Part shown: positions 33,002 through 42,769 of the stretch, one piece after another | Position numbering within the stretch: the stretch's first letter is position 1 | Layout: every line of letters starts with the position of its first letter | DNA from: Naegleria gruberi | Lineage: Eukaryota | NCBI GenBank assembly: GCA_000004985.1 | Contig: GG738871.1 | Reading direction: 5' to 3' (one strand) | DNA: 64,000 nt | Position numbers and translations under genes: made by a program | The notes under the pieces: model-generated | Seen by the model: only the letters and a program-made list of their open reading frames with translations | Database searches by the model: none | Told to the model about the DNA's origin: nothing

Positions 33002-34580
33002 TCAAACAATGAAAGAAAATATTAATCCCATATTCGAACCTATACTAATACCAAAGAGCAAGAAAAAGGTCATCATTGTTCCAGCAATTTCCTTCTCGTT
33101 ATTCTCTACACACTGAGGAGCAAACATCATCAATAATGAGCACAAGTAACCATTCGAAATTGAGACAAGGAAAATTGAAAAGAGTGGGAAGGCGTCGTAA
33201 ACATAATCATTATAACCAAATAGGCTAGGTCTATAATAAAATAAAAAGAGTGGTACGAAAAATACTCTCAATAACACTGGAATGGCAATGGTCTTCTTGT
33301 TGAAAGCAATAATCCAGTTTGGCATGGTTCTGCCAACAAATTCAAAAATGTTATTACTAGCTGCCATCAAAATTGGAAGCCAATATCTCATTGGTGTAGA
33401 GGAATACCAAGTTCTAACTCCAAGAGCTAAACCAGGGAAGAGTGAAATGGTCACCACAAACAGGAGCATTACCAGCAAGCACAAATACCAAATCTTTTTG
33501 AAAACAGTCAAAATAGATGCACTATTAGCATTTGAATTGTTACCATCTTCTAATTGTTTCTTCTTTGATAAATTAATATAATATTTACAATATGGATGCC
33601 TCACAACATAGATAAAACTCAAAATGCACAACAGGATTATAATAGAGCACACAATAAAGTAACTAGCAGTACTGTGAGTCATTCTCATTAGAGAGACATG
33701 CACTCTGTTCTGTTCAATAGTCAACTTGGTAACAATTCTCAAAAAAGAACACAACAATCCAGCAAGACCAGCACCTACCATGACAGCTTGGACGTACATG
33801 GAGGGAAGCATAGAGGCCAATCCAAAAATTCCAGATTGTAAAAAGCAATTACACAACGCACAAAACACTATAAAAGTTATTGTAATTATAAATCCAGAAG
33901 TTGATTCAGCATTTGAATATCCAATTATAGGAATGCTCAATAAAATCAATAATGTCACAACGTAGGCAGGAAATACTCTAAAATTAAGTGGAATTTTGCC
34001 TCCAAATTTAGTAAATACCAACAATCCCAATAAATTAGGAACACTATAAGCCACACTAAAGTACATCATTGCACTTTCTCCATAAATTTTAGTGAAATAA
34101 TCAGGTGCAGAAATAAAACTATTCCAAGGAAACAATACTCCACATCCTTCAAATTTAATTTTGTATCCAATTATTCCAATTTCAATATCAATCCGAAATA
34201 TATGCGTGATATAATTCAATTAAAACAAAATAATACAAAATTAATATTAAAACCAATATTCTTATTTTGACAAACAACATACCCTGCAAAACAAATATGA
34301 AATACAACAATTTTCCATTCACTTGTGGTTCCGAATCCAAAATAATACTCTTAGCCTGTTCCTTCCTTCTCTCTTCATTCAAATGACCTTCATCATCCAT
34401 ATCCTCCGAATAAGCCATCGAATCCACACTCTGCCCACCATGATGTAATCCCATCATCTTGTTGTTACTCATCAAATGAGGAGCATTATGTTGTTGCTGG
34501 TGGTGTTGTATGAGATGATTACTCTCTTCCTCACCTCCTTTTGTATTTGGCGCGAAATTCACAGAGCCTTTGGAAAACAT
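33002..34580 (-). CDS. Equilibrative nucleoside transporter (ENT/SLC29 family), 2 exons (34580..34283, 34146..33002), ~480 aa
   Basis: A 136-nt intron (GTATGT..TTTGAAG) joins ...LLYFIFVLQ-G-CGVLFPWNSF. The C-terminal region SNGYLCSLLMMFAPQCVENNEKEIAGTMMTFFLLFGISIGS closely parallels the ENT1 C-terminus (SNGYLASLCMCFGPKKV...AGAIMAFFLCLG). ~11 TM helices. Confidence 0.7.
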
Positions 34581-35053
34581 TTTTTCTTCACAGATTCAAA
34601 AGAACACACTCTTATTGACCAAGAAGTTTGTTGTTTGTATGATGATGAGGTATTAGACTTCTTCTTTATCCGCTGCTCTTGCTCTTGGAAGAAAAGGATG
34701 AAGTTCTGTTTGTTAACGTTGTTGCTTGTTGGGGTTCATGTTTGAGGGAAGAAGTACATTAAAAAATTGGACCCTTTGCTTTTCTGGGATTTGGGTAGCA
34801 ATGGTGCTTATTTGGGTTACAGTAATTGGTTTATTTACAGTGAATATTTGAAAAGGTCAATTAAATAGTTAAGTGTTTTATGAGCTCTATTGTTGACAAT
34901 TTATTGTAATGCAGTGAGAGAATTATTCTTGCTTGAGAATACGAAGGAATTAGTGAGAGAAGAAATGAGAAGTACTCCAAATTGACTTCCTTTTTCCCAA
35001 TAAAACAATTGGGTAGGACATAATAATAGCTGTTAACCATCATCATTAACTTT

Positions 35054-35062
35054 ATTCGAAAC
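35054..35062. promoter_or_regulatory. ATTCGAAAC motif ~60 bp upstream of the UGDH start codon
   Basis: tttattcgaaacaaactaaa at 35051..35070. ATG at 35120. Confidence 0.2.
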
Positions 35063-35119
35063 AAACTAAATGTTGTAATAAAACTAAAAAAAAAATTCAC
35101 ATCAACAACAAAATACACA

Positions 35120-36577
35120 ATGCAAACATCAAGCACACCTCTGATAGTCAGTAAAATCGCTTGTATTGGTGCCGGGTACGTCGGTGGACCAACAATGACA
35201 GTCATTGCCAACAAATGTCATGATATTCAAGTTGTCATCTATGACATGAATCAACACAGAATTGATGAATGGAATAGTGATCATTTGCCAATCTATGAAC
35301 CTGGCTTGGAAGAATTAGTATTCGAAAGAAGAGGTAAAAATCTTCATTTTACAACTGATTATGCTCAAGTTGTTGATGCTGACATTATTTTCCTTTCGGT
35401 TAACACACCAACTAAATATTATGGTGTTGGAAAGGGTAGAGCAGCTGATTTAAAGTATATTGAATCATGTGCTAGACAATTGAGAGATACTATTAAATCA
35501 GGAAGAAAGATTATTGTTGAAAAGTCAACTGTACCAATTAGAACATCAATTGCTGTAAAGAGAATTTTGGAGAGTGGTGACAGTCAAGCTCAATTTGATA
35601 TCTTGTCTAATCCAGAGTTTCTTGCTGAAGGAACTGCTATTTCCGATTTGAATGCTCCTGATAGAGTTTTAATTGGTGGTGAATCTGATTATGCTATTCA
35701 AGCATTGTCAAGTGTTTATGCCAGATGGGTTCCAAAGGAAAATATCATTACTACTAATTTGTGGTCTAGTGAATTGAGTAAATTGGTTGCTAATTGCATG
35801 CTTGCTCAAAGAATTTCATCAATGAATGCCATTTCTGCATTGTGTGAAAAGACTGGTGCTGATGTTCAACAAGTTTCATATGCAGTTGGTAAGGATACAA
35901 GAATTGGTGCTAAATTCTTGCAAGCTTCTGTTGGTTTTGGTGGAAGTTGTTTCCAAAAGGACATTTTGAATTTAGTTTACTTGGCAGAACATTACAATTT
36001 ACCAGAAGTTGCCAAATACTTTTATGGAATTATTGAAATTAACGATTATCAAAGAGATAGATTTGCCAAGAAGGTCATTCACAAGTTATTTAACACTGTT
36101 TCAAATAAGAAGATTTGTATCTTGGGTTTTGCCTTCAAGAAGAATACATCAGACACTAGAGAATCATCAACCATTTACATTTGTAAATCATTGTTGGAAG
36201 AAAGAGCTCAAATTTGTATCTATGATCCAAAAGTTACTGAAAATCAAATGAGATACGATTTGAAGAGTTTGATGAATGATTCCTATGGAGGTGATTTCAG
36301 TGCCATTTCTGAAACTTCACCAGAAAGTGAACTCGTCTCTAAGAATGTCAAAGTCTTCTCTGATCCATATGAAGCCATGGCTGATGCTCATGCTATTCTC
36401 GTTTTAACTGAATGGGATGAATTCAAGACTTATGATTATCAGCGTGTCTTTGATTCCATGAAGAAACCAGCTAATTTGTTTGATGGTAGAAATATTCTCG
36501 ATAGAGAACAATTGGAACAAATTGGATTTGAAGTTTATCAAATTGGTAAACAAGAAAAGAATCTTGCCGATTGGTAA
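35120..36577 (+). CDS. UGDH: UDP-glucose 6-dehydrogenase
   Basis: Single-exon ORF, 485 aa. N-terminal Rossmann motif [14 protein letters not shown]. Conserved [23 protein letters not shown] with catalytic Cys. The C-terminal UDP-binding domain has the eukaryotic UGDH motif [18 protein letters not shown]. Overall it closely resembles eukaryotic UGDH. Confidence 0.9.
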   Translation: MQTSSTPLIVSKIACIGAGYVGGPTMTVIANKCHDIQVVIYDMNQHRIDEWNSDHLPIYEPGLEELVFERRGKNLHFTTDYAQVVDADIIFLSVNTPTKYYGVGKGRAADLKYIESCARQLRDTIKSGRKIIVEKSTVPIRTSIAVKRILESGDSQAQFDILSNPEFLAEGTAISDLNAPDRVLIGGESDYAIQALSSVYARWVPKENIITTNLWSSELSKLVANCMLAQRISSMNAISALCEKTGADVQQVSYAVGKDTRIGAKFLQASVGFGGSCFQKDILNLVYLAEHYNLPEVAKYFYGIIEINDYQRDRFAKKVIHKLFNTVSNKKICILGFAFKKNTSDTRESSTIYICKSLLEERAQICIYDPKVTENQMRYDLKSLMNDSYGGDFSAISETSPESELVSKNVKVFSDPYEAMADAHAILVLTEWDEFKTYDYQRVFDSMKKPANLFDGRNILDREQLEQIGFEVYQIGKQEKNLADW

Positions 36578-36655
36578 TTTCTCAATAAATTATAATTTTA
36601 TACTCAAGAATTATTTCAAAATTTTACAAAATTGGAAATTCCAGAATTGGCAAAA

Positions 36656-37072
36656 TTATTTACGCTTGTAAACGTCAACCTTTCTATTCTTTTTGTGATG
36701 TTTTCTATTCTTTCTATTCTTTCTGTTCTTTCTGTTCTTTCTATTCTTCTTTCCATAAGTATCAATTCTTCTCTTCTTGTTACTTCTCTTCTTCTTTCCA
36801 TAAACGTCAATCTTCTTTCTGATAATTCTCTTCTTTCCATGTCTCTTCAAACCTCTTCTCTTTCCATAGGTATCCAAATACTTGTTGAGTTTTCTGTGAT
36901 TTCTTCTCTTTTTGTGATTTTTAACTCGTTTGAGCTTTCTTTGCTTGTTATTGGTTTTGGCAATGTACAAGGACATGGTTTCTGCTTCCTCTGCTTGAAC
37001 ATTGGAAGTCATGGACAAGGCAATGATAGCCAAGGTTAAGGCAATTAATAGAATTGAAACGAATCTTTTCAT
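36656..37072 (-). CDS. Small secreted, extremely basic tandem-repeat protein (138 aa) with IDTYGKK/VDVYGKK/NRKNRK repeats
   Basis: Signal peptide MKRFVSILLIALTLAIIALSMTSNVQA. The rest is >50% K/R/N with repeats LDTYGKRRGLKRHGKKRIIRKKIDVYGKKKRSNKKRRIDTYGKKNRKNRKNRKNRK. The underlying DNA is a TTCT-rich tandem repeat at 36690..36760. Confidence 0.45.
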   Translation of the reverse strand: MKRFVSILLIALTLAIIALSMTSNVQAEEAETMSLYIAKTNNKQRKLKRVKNHKKRRNHRKLNKYLDTYGKRRGLKRHGKKRIIRKKIDVYGKKKRSNKKRRIDTYGKKNRKNRKNRKNRKNRKHHKKNRKVDVYKRK

Positions 37073-37307
37073 TTTTTGTTTTGAGAAGTTTGTTATTATT
37101 GATGTTTTGAATTTATACCTTTCGAATGGGTTTTTGAAATTAGTTCTTAATCTTTTTTGGAAAGAAAGCAGACGAGTGAATTAAACATTTTCAGAGTATG
37201 TATTGGTTAAAGATATGGATTTAAAAGAGCAATGCATAATATTGTATAAAATCAAGTTCAAAGAAAGAACTCTAAGATTTATCAAAAATTGCAAGTTGCA
37301 AAATTCC

Positions 37308-38555
37308 TTATTTCCCTTCTTCTATGTTTCTAAAAATGCAACATTTAACAATCATGGAATAGAGTGCTACTTTGTGTGCGTGTTTGATATCTGAATTTGT
37401 TGTTTCCACATAGAGTGCACCATCCATAATATCAAAGGCCACTTTCTGAGCTTGCTCCTTATTAACACGTCTTCCATTGATGAGATCTGTCTTATTTCCA
37501 ATAAGGACCACTTCACTATGGTGAGCGTCATAATTCTTTAATTCATTATACCACAATGGGATGTGTTCGAAACTAGTCTCATTGGTCAAATCGAATAATA
37601 GAAAGACAACATGAACATTTCGGTAATGCATCCTAGTTAGAGGAGTAAATCTCTCTGGACCATAAACATCCCATATCTGAAAGTCATATCTTTTATCCTG
37701 TGAAAATTGATAAGTCTTACTGAAGAAATTTGATCCAATCGTTGGAATATCCACATATTTTCCAAAAGTCTTATTGAAAATGATACAATTAATAAAAGAT
37801 GTCTTTCCTGAAAAACTGTCTCCACTCATGGAACATTTGAAAGAGTACTGATCATTTCCAAACTTTTGAGGCGTATAAGGATATAGACTTTTCGAAGGAT
37901 TTGAACTCTGTGTTGATTGACCACTCGGTGCTCCAAAATATGAACCCAAAAATTGAAATATTCCTTTAAAAACTGAATTTCCACATGTAGAGCTTGATTT
38001 CTCTTCCTTCTTTGTTTCAACATTCTCCTTCTTTTCATTCGAATGCTCGTCCTTCTTCTTCAAATCTGAAAAGTTTGAAAAGTATCGAGTGATCAATTCC
38101 AATTCACTCATCAATTGTTTTACAATTTTTTCATCCAAATCACCATTAACATTGGCCAAGTCAATAACTCCAGGAATATCCAACTTCTCTAAATTAGCTT
38201 CAATCCATCGATCAGCCACTTGATAAATGAATTTTCTCAACATTGTTTTTCTGAATTTTCTATTAGAATGGAGAAAATCATCATCATCATGATCGGAATT
38301 AATTTTCTCTACTATTTCATTATGATCTGATTTAGTGGATGATTTAAAGGGTGAGGAATTGGATGATTCATATGAATTGAAAGTAAATTCTAGTTCATAT
38401 TGTTTTGTAATAATTGGCAAGATTAACCTTCGCCAAGATTTACAAACATTTGAGTGGGAAAATATTAAATCTACAGATGGCAGATAGGAAAAAATTTCGT
38501 TATTAATTTCCTCTGGTAAAATTTCAAAGAGGTTATGTACTTTGTTAATGATCAT
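37308..38555 (-). CDS. F-box protein fused to a C-terminal degenerate Ras-superfamily (Rab-like) GTPase domain, 415 aa
   Basis: N-terminal F-box LPEEINNEIFSYLPSVDLIFSHSNVCKSWRRLILP. C-terminal small-GTPase fold with G1 GDSFSGKTS and G4 GNKTDL; G3 is WDVYGPE in place of WDTAGQE, so it lacks the catalytic Gln. Single ORF, no intron apparent. Confidence 0.6.
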   Translation of the reverse strand: MIINKVHNLFEILPEEINNEIFSYLPSVDLIFSHSNVCKSWRRLILPIITKQYELEFTFNSYESSNSSPFKSSTKSDHNEIVEKINSDHDDDDFLHSNRKFRKTMLRKFIYQVADRWIEANLEKLDIPGVIDLANVNGDLDEKIVKQLMSELELITRYFSNFSDLKKKDEHSNEKKENVETKKEEKSSSTCGNSVFKGIFQFLGSYFGAPSGQSTQSSNPSKSLYPYTPQKFGNDQYSFKCSMSGDSFSGKTSFINCIIFNKTFGKYVDIPTIGSNFFSKTYQFSQDKRYDFQIWDVYGPERFTPLTRMHYRNVHVVFLLFDLTNETSFEHIPLWYNELKNYDAHHSEVVLIGNKTDLINGRRVNKEQAQKVAFDIMDGALYVETTNSDIKHAHKVALYSMIVKCCIFRNIEEGK

Positions 38556-38623
38556 TTTTTTTGTAATGATAATATATTAATTAAATATATTTAATATTTA
38601 ATTGTAAATAATTTAAAAAAAAA

Positions 38624-39490
38624 ATGAATAGAGTCATCATTCGATTGTATGATTTTTTAGACTACTCCAACGAAACATCAAATCCATGCCACTACTATTA
38701 TACAATGCTAACTGATAAATTAAGGGAGAAAATTCCCTCCTACCACATTGTCCGCTCCCTGCAAGATATTAAACATGAATTAATTTCATATTCACCATCA
38801 ATGGGACAATTAATATACAATAATATTTTGGAACGTTATTTTAATAATAGAAGTAACATGGATCCACAGAAGAAATCGATGAGATTTTCCTCCATTCAAA
38901 GCCATGCATTTGGAATTTTATTTAATAATCGACATGTTGATATCATGAAGCATGATTTGATACTATTCTCGTTCAATGGAACGGGAAAGACGTGGCTTAC
39001 TTGTTTGTATTGTTTGCAACAAATATTGGCGGGAAAAGTTAGGAGAGTCATTGTAGTTTGTCCAATATTGGAATATTGTCATCAATATGAAGAAAACTTA
39101 AAGACAATGATTGGATCTACTACTGATTCACAAGATGTTTTCTCATTCAAAATATTGAATAGTGCAACAGAAACGAAGGAATCAACGAAACATGTTAATA
39201 TTATCATTAGTAGTTTATCGAGATTGTTGGGATTCATTAGAAGAGGAATTATTGATACAACAGATGTGGATTTAGTTATTGTGGATGATTTCGAATATTC
39301 AAAATCGTTGAATTCATTGCAAGATTTCAAATATTTCTTTTCAAGATTTAACAACGCAAGAGCGATTGTTTCAACTGAAGGTGATAAGAAGATAATTCCA
39401 CCAGTATTGAATAATCCTGCAATACTTTGTAGTATTCCTTTCAGTAATGAAAGTTATTACAATTACATCAATTTTGTTGGAAATCATTGA
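38624..39490 (+). CDS. Divergent eIF4A/DEAD-box-like protein comprising only the first RecA-like domain, with DEAD degenerated to VDDF (288 aa)
   Basis: FSSIQSHAFGILFNNRHVDIMKHDLILFSFNGTGKTWLTCLYCLQQI parallels the eIF4A Q-motif and Walker A (PSAIQQRAI...[20 protein letters not shown]). Motif Ia-like VVCPILEY. Walker B position reads VDLVIVDDFE. SAT present (ILNSAT). No second helicase domain before the stop. Confidence 0.5.
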   Translation: MNRVIIRLYDFLDYSNETSNPCHYYYTMLTDKLREKIPSYHIVRSLQDIKHELISYSPSMGQLIYNNILERYFNNRSNMDPQKKSMRFSSIQSHAFGILFNNRHVDIMKHDLILFSFNGTGKTWLTCLYCLQQILAGKVRRVIVVCPILEYCHQYEENLKTMIGSTTDSQDVFSFKILNSATETKESTKHVNIIISSLSRLLGFIRRGIIDTTDVDLVIVDDFEYSKSLNSLQDFKYFFSRFNNARAIVSTEGDKKIIPPVLNNPAILCSIPFSNESYYNYINFVGNH

Positions 39491-39549
39491 GCATATCAAT
39501 ATCACTAATCTTTTGATATCTCAAAAATTGGATTTGAAGAACCATTGAT

Positions 39550-40375
39550 TTGTACCTAAAACGAGTATTGGAGTATTGGCATACAGTTATTAGTTTGGTA
39601 AGTCTCTCCCTTGTATGCAAGGAGTGGAATCGGATAGCAAGTTGCAATGATTTGTGGGAATTTTACTTTCATTTACTTTCGAATAATCGGAAGGGAAAAA
39701 CAAAAGTTTCTTCCGATACTATTTCACAAGATGAAAATTTCTGGAAACACAAAATGAGAGATAATTTCACTCAATATGCTTGCAGAGTTTCTAACAAGAT
39801 TACACTTTATCAAAATTATTTACAAATTTGTGAATTGAAAGGAAATTTCCCTGACAAGTTTTCATCACAATTGACCAGAATGATTCTAGCAAGAATGATG
39901 ATCAATTCCATTCAATATACAGATGATTTAAACCTTAAACCATTCCAAAAATATTTGGGGTTTAAAGAGCACTTTCATGCAACTACATTTCAAGTTGACT
40001 GTGAAAATTAGTGGAATTGATGAGCCACTAATTGTAAGAACCAACTCGTATATTTACAAAGGAGATCTACCCTATTTTAGTTATCATTATTTAGACAATT
40101 ATTACTTGTACTTTGCTAAGGAAAGTGATGACAAATTAAGGAATGAAATATTTATGAATAATGGAAATTTTACACAAGTTTTGGAAAATAATTGTTCATT
40201 CCTTTACATTTTTAATGGAAAGGATAATGAGCCAACAGTTCATGGCCATAATTATCTTGTAGATTCATTTTTAGATTCATTGATTCCCTCTCTGAATCAA
40301 TTTCAAATTTCACCACTCAAAATAATTCCATTTTGGTGTTTTTTATTTGTCAAAATGATGAATAACCATTGCTGA
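39550..40375 (+). pseudogene. F-box protein gene with an apparent +1 frameshift near 39990 (possible pseudogene); no in-frame ATG at 5' end
   Basis: F-box-like LEYWHTVISLVSLSLVCKEWNRIASCNDLWEFYF in ORF 39550..40011. The sequence continues in another frame as ORF 39977..40375. A stop lies immediately upstream of the first ORF, and no ATG follows before the F-box. Confidence 0.3.
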
Positions 40376-40439
40376 CGGAAAAGAGAAAACATTTAAGGAA
40401 TTTTACAAATTTTATCCTAATCTAATTTCAAATCCTATA

Positions 40440-40823
40440 TTGTACCACTATTTCTATAAGAAATACTTGGCAAGAGTTGAGTCTGTTCCCAAGCTTATTC
40501 TTGCTCGTTTTCGTAACTTTCTTCCAATAAGCAAAAGTGAGGCTAAAGCTGTTGAGATAATTAAATCCAACAATGTGGATTCTATGGTAGTATTGGATAA
40601 TGGCATGAAGAATGCAATCAAATCTCTCTTTGATTCTTTTAAAAATCTAAAACAGGACAAACCAATTCCAATACCACCACAGATAAATCGTGAAAGAATT
40701 GAAGATGAGCAATATTTGAGCATGGCAAGATATTTGGCTGAACTGCATAGAATGGGAAAGTCAAAGGAATATATGAATTGGTATTTGGCACGCAAGTTTA
40801 AATATCAAAATTCAGTTTATTGA
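40440..40823 (+). CDS. Hypothetical protein (127 aa), basic, no recognisable domain
   Basis: ORF only. It could alternatively be a 3' exon of the preceding F-box locus. Confidence 0.25.
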   Translation: MYHYFYKKYLARVESVPKLILARFRNFLPISKSEAKAVEIIKSNNVDSMVVLDNGMKNAIKSLFDSFKNLKQDKPIPIPPQINRERIEDEQYLSMARYLAELHRMGKSKEYMNWYLARKFKYQNSVY

Positions 40824-42094
40824 ATGTAAACAAATTCGATTTGAGTTTTACCATTGTTGCTTGTAATCAATGCAAATCTTCCCAAAGTACCATAAACTTG
40901 AGTATCATGGGCAACATCAATGTGAATTTCTCTTCTTGGAACAAGAATGTTATCTTGATGGAAACCAATCAAACCAACATCACATGCCATACCATAAAAA
41001 GCAGTCTTTCCGTAGGCAGCAATTTGAGATGAACAAACTTTTGGTGGAATACCAAACAATGAATTGGCGTTAATTTCATAACCCAATGTAACTGTGGTAT
41101 TGGTTACATCGAATCTCAAAGCAGACAATGAACTATCAGCATTCATGCATGAAAGGAAGAATGAGTTAGTATCTCTTGAAATAAGATTTGAGCACTTATC
41201 TAATTGGAAATAAATACCATTTTTTCCAACCAATTTGACTGTTGCAATGATACCTCTTTGCAAATTACGTTTTTCAACAATAGAAACAGAATTTCCATAA
41301 CTCTTATCTGGAATGGCCAAGAAATCCTTTCCTACAGTCAAGAATGCATGTTGTGGAGCAAAGTTAATGTAAAAGTTACTTGGAGTGGCCAATAAAGTAG
41401 CACCAGTTTGAGGATGGATTGCAGTAATTCCACTACTGTACAAAATGTACAAAGTTGGTACAGATTGAGAAAGATCATACAAGAATTGACATCCACTTTG
41501 AATTCCTGAAAGGTTAATAATCCAATTACCAATACCACTCTTTCTATCAACATTGACAATGAAATTTCCAGAAGCAATAATCAAACCATAATCAGTAAGT
41601 ACCATTGCATGGATATTGTTATTGGTTTTAGTATCGAATAAAACTTGACTGTTTTGATCATTAGATAAAATAGAAGATCTCAAAACGAATGAAACTCCAT
41701 TAGTAGTGTTTCTTCTAACAGTATAGTATCCAAAGTTTTCATCCATCACTGGCAAGACATCCATCAATTCATATTCCTTTGGAATTTTAACCTTACTACT
41801 ACTCATTCCACCATCACGTTCAATACAAACAATAACTTGTCCACCACTTGCTTGATCAACACTCAAACCACAGAAATTCAAAGCATAGACAGGCATTACA
41901 ATAGAATTTGGGATTAACTTGAGACCATCATACATCTTGATTACATCTCTTTGTAAATCATAGGTTCCGAGATCAGAATTTCTCGATCTACCAGTATTAG
42001 CATTGGTTTGAATCCAGCCATCAATTCTACCGAAAACAAGAGCGCTATTCAATAAAACAAAGCAGCACAAGAGGAGTAACTTGGTTCTTATCAT
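40817..42094 (-). CDS. Hypothetical secreted protein (~425 aa) with N-terminal signal peptide
   Basis: ORF 40817..42157. The likely start is the internal Met giving MIRTKLLLLCCFVLLNSALVFG (signal peptide). Ser/Asn/Gly-rich, predicted beta-rich; no recognised domain. Confidence 0.45.
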   Translation of the reverse strand: MIRTKLLLLCCFVLLNSALVFGRIDGWIQTNANTGRSRNSDLGTYDLQRDVIKMYDGLKLIPNSIVMPVYALNFCGLSVDQASGGQVIVCIERDGGMSSSKVKIPKEYELMDVLPVMDENFGYYTVRRNTTNGVSFVLRSSILSNDQNSQVLFDTKTNNNIHAMVLTDYGLIIASGNFIVNVDRKSGIGNWIINLSGIQSGCQFLYDLSQSVPTLYILYSSGITAIHPQTGATLLATPSNFYINFAPQHAFLTVGKDFLAIPDKSYGNSVSIVEKRNLQRGIIATVKLVGKNGIYFQLDKCSNLISRDTNSFFLSCMNADSSLSALRFDVTNTTVTLGYEINANSLFGIPPKVCSSQIAAYGKTAFYGMACDVGLIGFHQDNILVPRREIHIDVAHDTQVYGTLGRFALITSNNGKTQIEFVYIQ

Positions 42095-42430
42095 GTTCGT
42101 TGTGTCGCTTTTTTTTTGAAATTCAAGATTGAACTGGATAAAAGATAACTCACACAAATACTGGATTGTTGGCGCGTTATTTTTTAATTGAATGGTAACC
42201 TTCTAAATGAAGTTTGGTTTGTGTAACCGTCATTGTATTGTATTCTTCACCTAGGGTTACCGATATTCCCTCCAAATTACTCCTTCTGCATATTTAATCT
42301 TTAACTGTTCTTTAATTTGTAACCCTGAATCAATGTCATTTTTCTTTCTGCTTGTATTGAGTCCGTTTGGCACCATCAAAGGGGTAATTTTATTAAGGCT
42401 ATGTAAGGAATTAATTCATAATGAATGTGA

Positions 42431-42490
42431 TCGGGTGTGGTATAGTGGTAGCATTCCAGACTGTCACAGACTGGCGACCCGGGTTCAATT
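42431..42490 (+). pseudogene. 3'-truncated tRNA-Asp(GUC)-like pseudogene/relic
   Basis: TCGGGTG-T-G-GTAT-AGTGGTAG-CATT-C-CAGACTGTCACAGACTGG-CGAC-CCGGG-TTCAATT parallels a eukaryotic tRNA-Asp: acceptor, D-arm with AGTGGTAG, anticodon loop CTGTCAC, T-stem and T-loop. The anticodon stem is disrupted by a direct duplication of CAGACTG, and the 3' T-stem/acceptor strand are missing. Confidence 0.35.
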
Positions 42491-42769
42491 TGTTTTGTTA
42501 GTGTGTGTTAGTAATAGATGAATGATATCGGTCAATCCTTATTTGGAAATTTCATTCCCGGCATTCGAGATTAATTTTTGACTCTGTCACAATGTATCTG
42601 AGTTTTTCTTTTTTCATTACATAAAGATAGACACGTGGTCTACCTTTGATTCAAATTTCAAAGATTCATTTATTAAAACCATCGAGAAAATAATCTCGGA
42701 TTTTTTAAGATTAAAATTTTCGCAGCTTTATTTAGTGAGCTTAAATGATTATTGATCTAGAGAAGTGTT

